Assembly: GCA_030682405.1 (NCBI GenBank)
Contig: JAUXOF010000082.1
Coordinates: forward strand, 1,211-65,210
DNA length: 64,000 bases
From: Thermodesulfovibrionales bacterium
GTDB lineage: Bacteria > Nitrospirota > Thermodesulfovibrionia > Thermodesulfovibrionales > JdFR-86
Direction of reading: 5' to 3'
Shown: positions 30,261 to 38,912 of the stretch, piece by piece
Layout: each line of letters starts with the position of its first letter
How positions within the stretch are numbered: position 1 is the stretch's first letter
Notes under the pieces: model-generated
What the model saw: only the letters and a program-made list of their open reading frames with translations
What the model was told of the DNA's origin: nothing
The model's database searches: none
Position numbers and translations under genes: made by a program

Positions 30261-31478
30261 ATGAGGAGAAGCATCATTCTGCTGTTGGTACTATCTGTTG
30301 CCGCGCTTATCTTCGCCTCCGGCTGTGCGCCCAAGCAGGTCGCAAGGTGTACGGCTCCGGAGGACAACCCCCAGCATCACTACCTGAGGGGGATGGAGGC
30401 ATTGGAGAAAGGCAAGATTGACACTGCAAAGGAGAAGTTCGAAAGGTCTGTTTACTGCGACGAGAAGTTCCCCCAGGGCTACGGCGGGCTTGCCATCGCT
30501 CAGGCGGAGCGAGCGGCCGGGCAGAAGGATTCAGGGTTCAGGGGCGTTGAGACGACAAGGGCGTTTGAGCATCTGGAGCGGGCTGAGAAGCTTTCCGCAT
30601 CAGACGACGAAAAGTTCGACTACTTTGTAGCGGTCATAAGGGTCAACACTCTCCTTCAGCCCAAGGACTGGCTTGAGGGCGCGGCAAAGGCCTACGGAAA
30701 GATAAGAGACCTCAAGGTAGACGAGAGGAAATTGGTCTACTATCAGGGCACAGAGGCCGCCCAGTACTATATGGGCAACGCCTACCTGTCCGCAAAGGAG
30801 TTCCAGCAGGCAAGGGACATGTACTCCGGCGTGCTGAACGCAAAGAGGGAAGGCAAGTGGCACGAGAAGGCGGACAAGGCATGGAAGAAGGTTGATAAAA
30901 TCGTGCGCGCGATGGCAGGCATCACAGTGGGCGACGTGGGCAAGCAGATTGCGGTCAAGGACGCGGTTACCCGCGGGGACATTGCAGCCCTCTTGATAGA
31001 CGAGCTTAAGATAGACAAGCTCTTTGCGGGCCGCATCCCTGTTCAGTCGCAGGTAGATAAGATGCAGGCCGAGTTCACGCCCGCAGATACCCTGAACTAC
31101 CACTTTAAAGAAGAGGTGCTGACCATTCTTAAGTGGAAGATAAGGGGGCTTGAGCCGAAGTTCGACGAGACCACAAAGGCATATCTCTTTAAGCCCGAGG
31201 ATTCCGTAAGGAGGGGGGAGATGGCCTTCATACTGGAGGACGTCCTTATGAAGCTCACCGGTGACGAGAAGCTTGCGACCGCATACTTCGGGCAGGAACG
31301 CTCTCCGTTCCCGGATGTAAAGCCCACTTCTCTTTTTTATAATGCGGTCATGAACATGACCACGCGGGGGATTATGGAGGGAGAGCTCTCAGGGGAGTTC
31401 AGGATAGATGCGCCCGTGGACGGCGCAGAGGCGCTCCTTGCCTTAAGGGTGCTCAAACAGAAGATGAACATTTATTAA
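30261..31478 (+). CDS. Lipoprotein with TPR-like N-terminal region and SLH-like C-terminal repeats
   Basis: Lipobox LIFASGC. Helical repeat region. C-terminal segments resembling S-layer homology motifs (VTRGDIAALL, VRRGEMAFIL, DGAEALLAL). Confidence 0.45.
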   Translation: MRRSIILLLVLSVAALIFASGCAPKQVARCTAPEDNPQHHYLRGMEALEKGKIDTAKEKFERSVYCDEKFPQGYGGLAIAQAERAAGQKDSGFRGVETTRAFEHLERAEKLSASDDEKFDYFVAVIRVNTLLQPKDWLEGAAKAYGKIRDLKVDERKLVYYQGTEAAQYYMGNAYLSAKEFQQARDMYSGVLNAKREGKWHEKADKAWKKVDKIVRAMAGITVGDVGKQIAVKDAVTRGDIAALLIDELKIDKLFAGRIPVQSQVDKMQAEFTPADTLNYHFKEEVLTILKWKIRGLEPKFDETTKAYLFKPEDSVRRGEMAFILEDVLMKLTGDEKLATAYFGQERSPFPDVKPTSLFYNAVMNMTTRGIMEGELSGEFRIDAPVDGAEALLALRVLKQKMNIY

Positions 31479-31510
31479 GGGTCTAAGACCCGTTTAACGG
31501 AGGCTGAAAG

Positions 31511-32437
31511 ATGACAAGGAAAATACTTATTTCAATGCTTTTGGTTTTTGCTCTTGCCGGCTATGCGATGGCCGAGGAGGGCATGTCGCCCGCTAAGGCG
31601 GCGCAGATAGACGATACCTTCTCCAGGGCCACCCAGTGGCTCAAGCAGGAGAACCTTTCGGTAACCACTTCGCCGGAGCAGGCCTTCATAGGCGACTACA
31701 TACTCGTGATAGGCGAGGGGCTTCCCTCTGCCTCCTCAAAGAGCCCGGCACAGAAAAGGCTTACGGCAGAGAGGGCCGCAACCGCGATAGCCTATAGGGC
31801 GCTCGCCGAGATGCTTGAGGGCGTTGCCGTTGTCGGAGACACCCTCGTTAAGGACGCGGAGCTTCAGTACGACGTAGTAAGAACCGCGGTCGCGGGTTTC
31901 GTAAAAGGGGCGCAGACGGTTTACAAGGATTACAACAAGGAAGAGGAAACAGCGCTCGTTGTAGTCAAGATAGGCATGAGCGGGCCTCAGGGCTTTGCCA
32001 AAACGATGTACGAAAAGCTGATAGGGGACCCCGCGATAAAGAAGACCGTTGTAGCGCCCAAGCCGGAGTTTACAGCCACTCCCGTGGCGCTTGAGGAGAA
32101 GTACGACGGCCTGATAATAGACGCCACAGAGTATACCTTCAGGCCCGCGCTCATAAACAGGATATTCACCCCCAAGGGCGAGGTCATCTACGACCCATCG
32201 AGGATAAGCCAGAAGGTGCTCGTGGAGCAGGGCTGCGGGGACTACACAAACAGTGTGGACAAGGCAAAGGCCGCTCTTTCCTCAAGGGGGGCGAAGAACC
32301 CCTTGGTGGTAAAGGCAGCCGCCTCGGTCAACCCGTCAGACCTTCAGGTCTCGGACAACGATTCCATAAGAATATTTTCAGCCAACCAAAAGACGGCCTT
32401 TCTTGCCGAGGCAAAGGTCGCCTTTGTGCTGAAATAA
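31511..32437 (+). CDS. Secreted LPP20-like protein
   Basis: Signal peptide. Segment KRLTAERAATAIAYRALAEMLEGV is typical of the LPP20 lipoprotein family. Confidence 0.5.
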   Translation: MTRKILISMLLVFALAGYAMAEEGMSPAKAAQIDDTFSRATQWLKQENLSVTTSPEQAFIGDYILVIGEGLPSASSKSPAQKRLTAERAATAIAYRALAEMLEGVAVVGDTLVKDAELQYDVVRTAVAGFVKGAQTVYKDYNKEEETALVVVKIGMSGPQGFAKTMYEKLIGDPAIKKTVVAPKPEFTATPVALEEKYDGLIIDATEYTFRPALINRIFTPKGEVIYDPSRISQKVLVEQGCGDYTNSVDKAKAALSSRGAKNPLVVKAAASVNPSDLQVSDNDSIRIFSANQKTAFLAEAKVAFVLK

Positions 32438-32521
32438 TGTGCTGAAATAAGTTGATTGCCTTTCCTTTTTGCCCCTCCCTGCCAAAGCAGGGAGGGGCAA
32501 AAGGTGTGAGGCGGCTTCAAA

Positions 32522-34282
32522 ATGAAAAGAAGGCATTGTGTAGTGTTTTTTTTAATGGCCGCGCTCCTGCTTCAGCAGCCGATCCAGTCAGAGGCAAAGA
32601 CCCTGATACTGGAGGGCGGGCTTCAAAGCAGGATACAGGCGGTTCAGAGGGTTAATTTCTCCGTGTCCAAAGAGGTGCGGAGCATGACCTTCAGGTTCGC
32701 CATCCCCGCGACCTTTTCAAACAAGGGAACGTCTCAGAAGGTCGAGGGCCTTGAAATACAGTTTGCGCCCAAGCCCGCATCAGTTACCGACGAGACGGAC
32801 TCCTTTGGAAACACCTTTAAGAAGGCCAAGTGGGAGGACGTAAGCAGGGACATCGCAGTCACAATATCTTACAGGGCTTCCATAGAGTCAAGGCTTAGGC
32901 CTATGCAGAGCGCTGCCGCTCTTCCCCTTAAGGACATACCAAGAGAAGACGCCGTGTTTCTTCAGCCCACATCCATGGTGCAGAGCGAAGACAAGGAGAT
33001 TCTATCCCTCTCAAGGGAGCTTACTGACGGCGCATTGACCGAGTACGAGGCTGTGGAGGGCATCCTCAACTGGGTTTCGGACAATGTGAAATATACCTAT
33101 AACCCGCCCAAGTACGATGCGCTTTATACCATGAAGACCGGAAGCGGCAACTGCCAGAACTTCGCCCACCTCTCTATGGCCCTTCTTCGCGCCTCAGGCA
33201 TACCCTCAAGGATAGTCGGAGGCGTGAGCCTCAAGAGGCAGTGGAAGGTGCCGGTTGAAAACGGCTATCTCGTTCAGGACATGGGGCAGGGCGGGCATGC
33301 GTGGATGGAGATATATTTCCCTGACCTCGGATGGCTCTCCTACGACCCGCAGCAGTCAAGGCAGTTCACCTCCACGAGGCACATAAAGCAGACCCACGGG
33401 CTTGATTCAAAGGACATAAACGACTCATGGTCTGCTGCGCCGTACCTGCCGGAATACGGCGAGAGCATAAGTGCGGATTTTGAGGTTGACGAGACGGACA
33501 TAAGGCTTGACGAATCAAAAGATGCCCCGAGGGCATACATAATCAGCAACAACTTTGCGGCAAAGGCTGCTGCTGCGCCGGCGCCGGTTGTCGCCGTGAT
33601 TCCTATGCCCGCGCCGGAGGGGATTCCCCTGACAGTCCCTGAGCCTTTGCCTGAGCCGAAACCTCAGGAGCTTTCAAAGCCCGCTCCCGAAGAAATTAAA
33701 AAGGAGCCCAAGCCCGCACCGAAGCCCAAGCCCGCGCCAAGGCTTGCCAAGGGGCCTGTTGAGTTAGGCAACATGGAGTTCCCCCATCTCGTTGACGTTT
33801 ATCGGGCAACAGGCAACGAGGCCACAAGGATTCTCGATAAGGAGACTGCGGAGTATGCGACCTCAAAATATGTATATGCACAGGCATTTGAGATAGAAGA
33901 CGCCCTGTCCCTTGAGGGCGTTTCTTTGGCAATGCGCAAGTTCGGGGGCGACGGCTCGCTCTATGCGGACGTGGTTATGGACGAAAACGGGAAGCCGGGC
34001 TTATCAGGAGCAAGGTCTATGCCCGTGCCCCTTTCGGACATAAAATTCCAGCCCGGATACTACTGGGTTGACTTCTCGTTTCCGGGAATAAAAGGGGTTA
34101 TGCCCCCGGGCAGGTACTGGATAATCCTCAGGCATTCGGGCGAGGCCATAGCTAACTGGTTCTATATCCCCGGCAACCCGTACGGAGACGGCGATGACAC
34201 GCGCTCCACGGTAAAGGGCTATAAGTGGGAGGATATTCTTAACTACGACTTTGTGTTCAAGGTAAAAGGGATAATCAAATAA
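32522..34282 (+). CDS. Secreted transglutaminase-like cysteine protease-fold protein with Pro/Lys-rich linker
   Basis: Cys-His-Asp core (GSGNCQNFAHL, GGHAWMEIY, LSYDPQ). PAPEPKP-type linker at about aa 345-405. Confidence 0.8.
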   Translation: MKRRHCVVFFLMAALLLQQPIQSEAKTLILEGGLQSRIQAVQRVNFSVSKEVRSMTFRFAIPATFSNKGTSQKVEGLEIQFAPKPASVTDETDSFGNTFKKAKWEDVSRDIAVTISYRASIESRLRPMQSAAALPLKDIPREDAVFLQPTSMVQSEDKEILSLSRELTDGALTEYEAVEGILNWVSDNVKYTYNPPKYDALYTMKTGSGNCQNFAHLSMALLRASGIPSRIVGGVSLKRQWKVPVENGYLVQDMGQGGHAWMEIYFPDLGWLSYDPQQSRQFTSTRHIKQTHGLDSKDINDSWSAAPYLPEYGESISADFEVDETDIRLDESKDAPRAYIISNNFAAKAAAAPAPVVAVIPMPAPEGIPLTVPEPLPEPKPQELSKPAPEEIKKEPKPAPKPKPAPRLAKGPVELGNMEFPHLVDVYRATGNEATRILDKETAEYATSKYVYAQAFEIEDALSLEGVSLAMRKFGGDGSLYADVVMDENGKPGLSGARSMPVPLSDIKFQPGYYWVDFSFPGIKGVMPPGRYWIILRHSGEAIANWFYIPGNPYGDGDDTRSTVKGYKWEDILNYDFVFKVKGIIK

Positions 34283-34357
34283 GGCGGCTGTATATCGCCG
34301 GATTCTTTCGATGTCATGGTATAATCTCTAAAAATAACTTCGCTCAAGGAGGGCGCT

Positions 34358-34714
34358 ATGGGCTTTTGGGAGAACGTAAAGAAGGACGTGCAAAAGGGGC
34401 TGAAGGAAGGACAGAAGGAGCTGATGGAGGGCTACAAGGCTGTGAAGGTAAAAGCCGGGGAGATATCCGAGGAAGGCAAAAGGAGATACAATGTCTTTGA
34501 TTTAAAGACCAAGGTGCAGAAGGAGATAGCAGAACTCGGGGGCGCGGTCTACGGCCTGAGCGCCATGGATAGAAACCCTCTGCTCGATGCAAAGGTCAAG
34601 GCTCTGATATCAAAGATACAGAAGCTTGAGGCGCAGATATCAAGGCTTGAGGCCGCGCCGAATGCCCCGGCAAAAAAGAAGGCGGCAAAAACAAAAAGTG
34701 ATGCCCGGGCTTAA
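34358..34714 (+). CDS. Hypothetical coiled-coil protein with Lys/Ala-rich tail
   Basis: 118 aa. RBS AAGGAGG. No recognisable motif. Confidence 0.4.
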   Translation: MGFWENVKKDVQKGLKEGQKELMEGYKAVKVKAGEISEEGKRRYNVFDLKTKVQKEIAELGGAVYGLSAMDRNPLLDAKVKALISKIQKLEAQISRLEAAPNAPAKKKAAKTKSDARA

Positions 34715-35024
34715 GTTTGACGAAAAGGGCCTCATCCCCGCGGTTGTGCAGGAGGCCCGGACCGGCGAGGTGCTGATGGTCGCTTACATGGACATTGCCG
34801 CGCTTGAAATGACGCTTCAAAGCGGGTACACGCACTTTTGGTCGCGCTCAAGGGGAAAATACTGGAAAAAGGGCGAGACTTCGGGGTGCGTGCAGGAAGT
34901 CAAGGAGGTTCTCTACGACTGCGACGGCGACACCGTTCTTGTCAAAGTCATCCAGCACGGCAAGGGCGCTTGCCACACAGGCGAGAGGACATGCTTTTAT
35001 AGGAAGATAGAGAAGCCGGAATAG
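34701..35024 (+). CDS. hisI: Phosphoribosyl-AMP cyclohydrolase
   Basis: [30 protein letters not shown]...[17 protein letters not shown]...DCDGD...[10 protein letters not shown]. Start set at the ATG at 34701, not the ORF-track start at 34626. Confidence 0.9.
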   Translation: MPGLKFDEKGLIPAVVQEARTGEVLMVAYMDIAALEMTLQSGYTHFWSRSRGKYWKKGETSGCVQEVKEVLYDCDGDTVLVKVIQHGKGACHTGERTCFYRKIEKPE

Positions 35025-35030
35025 GGAAAA

Positions 35031-35372
35031 GTGGACTGTCTTTTCTGTAAAATCGCCCAGAAAAAGATTCCCGCTAAGATTATCTACGAAGACGAGCATG
35101 CTGTGGCGTTTGAGGACATAAACCCTCAGGCCCCGGTGCATGCGCTTATAATCCCCAAAAAACACATCTCAACCGGGCTTGACCTCAAAGAGGAGGACAA
35201 CGCCCTCGTCGGGCATCTCTTTCAGGTGGCAAGCAGGATAGCTCGCGAAAAGGGCATAGCAGAGCGGGGCTTCAGGCTTGTAACCAACACCAACGCCGAA
35301 TCAGGCCAGTCGGTCTTCCACATCCACATCCACCTGCTCGGCGGAAGGCGCATGCACTGGCCACCGGGATGA
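35031..35372 (+). CDS. HIT-family (histidine triad) nucleotide hydrolase
   Basis: CLFCKI N-terminus and HIHIHLLGG histidine triad. GTG start. Confidence 0.9.
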   Translation: MDCLFCKIAQKKIPAKIIYEDEHAVAFEDINPQAPVHALIIPKKHISTGLDLKEEDNALVGHLFQVASRIAREKGIAERGFRLVTNTNAESGQSVFHIHIHLLGGRRMHWPPG

Positions 35373-35392
35373 GGAGGCGGGCATGTTCGCCA

Positions 35393-35500
35393 CTACCCCC
35401 CGAAGACACTCTCAAATATGTAGTCCACATGCTTAGGGTTTCTCTTGTGCGGCATGGCGGATGAGCCTTTCTGCCCTGCTGCAAACGGCTTAATTTTCAT
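35393..35500 (-). pseudogene. Isolated fragment carrying the adenylosuccinate lyase (PurB) active-site signature
   Basis: Hand translation MKIKPFAAGQKGSSAMPHKRNPKHVDYIFESVFGG*. The fumarate-lyase signature GSSAMPHKRNP is present, but the flanking sequence is unrelated to PurB. Confidence 0.5.
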
Positions 35501-35829
35501 CCCCTCTTTCTCCTTAATATTATGAAGGCCGTTGCCGACAGCGCGCCTAAGGTGTTTGCCGCCTCGTCAAGGAGCGAGAAACTCCTCGTTGCCGTAAGCC
35601 CCTGCAGGCCTTCCATCAAAAGGCCGTAGCCTGCGGAAAGGGCAAATGACGCTGCTAAGGCCGTCCAAAAGGGCTTCTTTTTTGCAATCACAGTAAAGAG
35701 CAGGACGCATGTTATGGCGTATATGATGAAATGGAGGATTTTATCCGAATGCTGAACCTTTGAGCTTGCTTCAAGGGGCAAGACGGAAAGTGCAAATACG
35801 ACAACCAACCACACGATTACTGTTTTCAT
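35497..35829 (-). CDS. VanZ-like membrane protein
   Basis: 110 aa, 4 TM, DKILHFIIY motif. Confidence 0.65.
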   Translation of the reverse strand: MKTVIVWLVVVFALSVLPLEASSKVQHSDKILHFIIYAITCVLLFTVIAKKKPFWTALAASFALSAGYGLLMEGLQGLTATRSFSLLDEAANTLGALSATAFIILRRKRG

Positions 35830-36650
35830 GTTGCAAGGCTCCGTTCATAAAGCTCTTTTTTGCTGAGGCCGTACTCCTCTGCAACCGTTTTCACGGCCTC
35901 TTTTCTGCCTCTGCCTTTCCTGATGAGCAGCAGCACTTCCTCAAGGGCCTCCTCAAACGAGCCCTGCTGCCTCTTTTTTCCCTCAACGACTATAACATAC
36001 TCCCCGGCAGTAGTACTTTCCTCAAGGAGCGAGATTATATCAGGGATGCTTCCCCTCAGGGCCTCCTCATGGACCTTCGTAATCTCCTTTATGACGCAGG
36101 CCCTGCGGCTGCCTAATATCTCCTCCATGTCGGCAAGGCTCTCAAAGAGCCTGTGCGGGGCCTCGTAAAAGAGGAGAGTCCTTTGTTCGAGGCTCAGTCC
36201 CTTGAGGGCCTTTTGCCTCTGGGCGCTTTTTGCCGGAAGAAAGCCTATGAATGTGAATTCCTCTGTCGGAAGCCCTGATACTGACAGGGCGGCTATGAGG
36301 GCCGAAGGCCCGGGTATGGGGATGATATTAATGCCGGCTGCGAGGGCCTCGCGGATGAGCACGGAGCCGGGGTCTGATATGCCGGGCGTGCCTGCATCCG
36401 ATATGAGGGCCACGGACTGGCCTTCCATGAGCTTTTTAAGAACCGCATCTGATTTGACCTTTTCTCTTTCCCCCCAGTAGCTTATGAGGGGCTTTGATAT
36501 GCCGTAGCGGTTGAGGAGCTTCAGGGAATGCCTTGTGTCCTCAGCCGCGATGATGTCAACCTCTTTTAGGACATTGAGGGCCCTTATCGTTATGTCATCG
36601 AGGTTGCCTATGGGGGTGGCGACTATGTAGAGGGTGCCCTTCAGTGTCAG
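35826..36650 (-). CDS. rsmI: 16S rRNA (cytidine1402-2'-O)-methyltransferase
   Basis: The ORF-track 200 aa extends upstream in frame as (L)TLKGTLYIVATPIGNLDDITIRALNVLKEVDIIAAEDTRH... No ATG is available, so a CTG start at 36650 or 36644 is inferred. Confidence 0.8.
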   Translation of the reverse strand: MTLKGTLYIVATPIGNLDDITIRALNVLKEVDIIAAEDTRHSLKLLNRYGISKPLISYWGEREKVKSDAVLKKLMEGQSVALISDAGTPGISDPGSVLIREALAAGINIIPIPGPSALIAALSVSGLPTEEFTFIGFLPAKSAQRQKALKGLSLEQRTLLFYEAPHRLFESLADMEEILGSRRACVIKEITKVHEEALRGSIPDIISLLEESTTAGEYVIVVEGKKRQQGSFEEALEEVLLLIRKGRGRKEAVKTVAEEYGLSKKELYERSLAT

Positions 36651-36740
36651 TCCCCGATGTTTCCCTTGAATTCATGTAGCCACTTGTTCCGCATAAACCC
36701 TCCTTTGGCGCATGTTTAAATAGTATTATATCATTACTTT

Positions 36741-37043
36741 TCAGTTGCCCCTTGCGGACTGAAGTATGGAATATGCCGTAAGCCCGATGCTTACTGCCGC
36801 GGTTATCCACAATATCCTTTTGCTCCACGGGCTTATGTTCCCCTTGCCCGAATAAGTCCTGTAGAAGGCCAGTCCCAACAGCGACATCGTTGCCGCTATA
36901 AAGAAAGGCCTGTAGTTGTTAATCCACGCGCCGAATGTGACGCTTGCCAGCCCCAAACTGGCCAGCACGATGTTTATCTGTCATATGAAAGCAGACAAGA
37001 AGGCCGAGGTCAGCGCTCCGCCCTTCAGGGACGAGCATCTCAT
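36741..37043 (-). CDS. MerT-like small membrane protein with in-frame TGA (candidate selenocysteine at codon 21)
   Basis: ATG at 37043 preceded by GAGGG. MRCSSLKGGALTSAFLSAFI-TGA(36981-36983)-QINIVLASLGLASVTFGAWINNYRPFFIAATMSLLGLAFYRTY... is continuous in one frame. Resembles MerT TM1-TM2, with the TGA at the Cys-Cys position. Confidence 0.55.
36942..36966 (-). promoter_or_regulatory. SECIS-like hairpin downstream of the in-frame UGA
   Basis: mRNA GCUGGCCAG-UUUGGGG-CUGGCAAGC (9-bp stem with one mismatch, G-rich 7-nt loop), starting 14 nt after the UGA. Confidence 0.4.
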
Positions 37044-37053
37044 CTTAAAGCCC

Positions 37054-37695
37054 TCATATAGTCATCACCCGTCTTGCCGTTCTCATTCCGTCCATGAGCA
37101 CGGCCATTCCGCCGGCCTGACCTACCCTGAGCCTGTCCTCAAGGCCGAAGTGCTTAAGGCATGTGCTGCAGGTGTATATCTCCGCGCCTTTAGATTCAAA
37201 CTCCTTAAGCAGGGAGACGGTCTCGTCGGACTCGGTTGTGAGCATCACGCCTGAGTTCATGAAAAACATAAATGCAGGGATGTCGTCCGTAACCTTCATT
37301 GTCTCAAGGAACGCCTTAATAAGCAGCTTCCCCAAATCCCCTTCTTTGCCGAAGGTGTCCCTTGAGACAACTATCGCCATGTCCCCAAGCCCTTCGGCCT
37401 CAGGCTTATGCCTGAAGGCGTTCAGCATCCGCTTTAAGACGCCCTCCTTTGGGGGTCTGCTGTGGGGCGTCTTTACAATCCTGAGTTCCCAGTGATTATC
37501 CTGTTTTTTCTGCTCGAACCACAGGCCGGATTTCTTCGCAAGCCTCTCTATGTTCCAGTTGGATGGGCTTTCCACAAGAACGACGAGCGCTCCCTCCTTT
37601 ATGAGGTCAAGCTCCTCCTGCGTCTTTTTAAGCGGCTCCGGGCATCTAAGCCCCCTCAGGTCCAATATTTTAGGTTCCATAGGTCCCCCCCCCAT
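37054..37695 (-). CDS. yedF: YedF-like sulfurtransferase-type selenium metabolism protein (TusA/SirA domain + DsrE-like domain)
   Basis: TusA motif LDLRGLRCPEPLKK. C-terminal CxxC (YTCSTCLKHFG). About 200 aa, matching the YedF family description. Confidence 0.75.
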   Translation of the reverse strand: MGGGPMEPKILDLRGLRCPEPLKKTQEELDLIKEGALVVLVESPSNWNIERLAKKSGLWFEQKKQDNHWELRIVKTPHSRPPKEGVLKRMLNAFRHKPEAEGLGDMAIVVSRDTFGKEGDLGKLLIKAFLETMKVTDDIPAFMFFMNSGVMLTTESDETVSLLKEFESKGAEIYTCSTCLKHFGLEDRLRVGQAGGMAVLMDGMRTARRVMTI

Positions 37696-37728
37696 AATCT
37701 AATATACCATCGGCTTATTCTGTCCTGC

Positions 37729-38445
37729 TTATTCTTCCTTCAGTATAACGACCTCTATTTTCCCTTCAAGCGCCTTTTTGAACTGCTTTGCGTCGTCCGC
37801 CGAGCCGACGATTGAGGCGTAGTGCATTGGGATTGCCGCCTTGGGCATTATGTCGAGTGCGGCGTGTGCGGCCTCATCAGCAGTCATCACGTATGTGCCT
37901 GAGACCGGAAGGAGCGCAATGTCGCACTTGATGTCTTTCATTTCAGGTATGTGGTCCGTATCCCCTGCAAGGTAAATCCTCTGTCCCCCTGCCGTGAATA
38001 TAAACCCCACCCAGCCCTTTTCCTTCGGATGGAACTTCTTGTTTGTGTTATACGAGGGCGCTGCTTCTATGTCCATGCCCATAACGTTTATCCTGTCCCC
38101 CGGCTTTACGGTCTTTATATTGCCGGTAAGCCTTGGGGCGCAGTCGGCAACCGTGACTATCACGGTGTCAGGCCCCTGTAACTTCTTTACGTCCTCAGGG
38201 GAGCAGTGGTCGTAGTGCTCGTGCGTGATGAGGATTATGTCCGCCCTGTCTTTTTTCTTAATCTTAAACGGGTCGGTGTAGATGACCTTGTCGCCGGTTA
38301 TCTTAAATGTGTCGTGTCCGAGCCAGTGAATGTCCTTGACCATGGCGTCCTCCTTTTGGCCTGCCGATAAGAGCGCAGTCGCCGCAAGAACTAAAAAGGC
38401 TATTGCAAATCCTTTCATAAATTCCTTTATATCAGGGATAAACAA
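37729..38445 (-). CDS. Secreted MBL-fold metallo-hydrolase
   Basis: Signal peptide. HxHxDH (ITHEHYDHC). Confidence 0.75.
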   Translation of the reverse strand: MFIPDIKEFMKGFAIAFLVLAATALLSAGQKEDAMVKDIHWLGHDTFKITGDKVIYTDPFKIKKKDRADIILITHEHYDHCSPEDVKKLQGPDTVIVTVADCAPRLTGNIKTVKPGDRINVMGMDIEAAPSYNTNKKFHPKEKGWVGFIFTAGGQRIYLAGDTDHIPEMKDIKCDIALLPVSGTYVMTADEAAHAALDIMPKAAIPMHYASIVGSADDAKQFKKALEGKIEVVILKEE

Positions 38446-38848
38446 AGGGGCTGCCTTTGAGAATGCGGTTGAGCTTAAGGGGCTTGCCTAAAAGTTCAAA
38501 CACGGCCATGCCCTTCTCCTCAAAGATATTGCCTTTAAGCGTCCACCTGCCTTCCCACGATACGTTAAGCGTCACCTTGGAGTCCTCTATCTGGACCAGC
38601 CGTGGAGTGAACTTAAGCTCCGCACTGTCGAATTCCCTCAGCCCGGGCCCTATCTCCCCGTACCCGGTTTCCGTGGAAAGGTCTTTTATTGCATCGAAAT
38701 CCCTGTTCACATAATATGACTTTATGGAGTCGGCAAGCTTAAACGACTCAAGGGCAAGCTCCGAGTCCTCGCTCCGGGGCTTGACCTCGTCCTTGCCGCA
38801 GGCGGCAAGCAGGAAGGCAAGGGCAAAGACAAAAAAGAGCTTTTTCAT
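38432..38848 (-). CDS. Hypothetical lipoprotein
   Basis: Start reassigned to MKKLFFVFALAFLLAACG (lipobox) at 38848. Confidence 0.5.
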   Translation of the reverse strand: MKKLFFVFALAFLLAACGKDEVKPRSEDSELALESFKLADSIKSYYVNRDFDAIKDLSTETGYGEIGPGLREFDSAELKFTPRLVQIEDSKVTLNVSWEGRWTLKGNIFEEKGMAVFELLGKPLKLNRILKGSPFVYP

Positions 38849-38884
38849 AGAATTTAGAATAACATAACAGGGCATCTGAAATTC

Positions 38885-38906
38885 ATCCTCTCTACGAGCC
38901 TTCGGC
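38885..38906 (-). repeat. Dispersed short repeat GCCGAAGGCTCGTAGAGAGGAT (copy B)
   Basis: Reverse complement identical to 30157-30178. Also preceded by GGCAATT and a gene ending in GGN-stop, as in copy A. Confidence 0.85.
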
Positions 38907-38912
38907 AGGGAT

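Noticed and set aside
33540-33760. Repetitive Pro/Ala/Lys-rich DNA (PAPEPKP and KPAPKPKPAP) that could be mistaken for a tandem repeat element.
   Set aside because: It lies in frame inside the transglutaminase-like gene and behaves as a low-complexity linker rather than an independent repeat or CRISPR-like array.
34626-34700. The ORF-track N-terminal extension of hisI ([25 protein letters not shown]...).
   Set aside because: The extension is an Arg/Lys-rich read-through of the preceding gene's Lys/Ala-rich tail in another frame. HisI homology begins at [17 protein letters not shown] (ATG at 34701).
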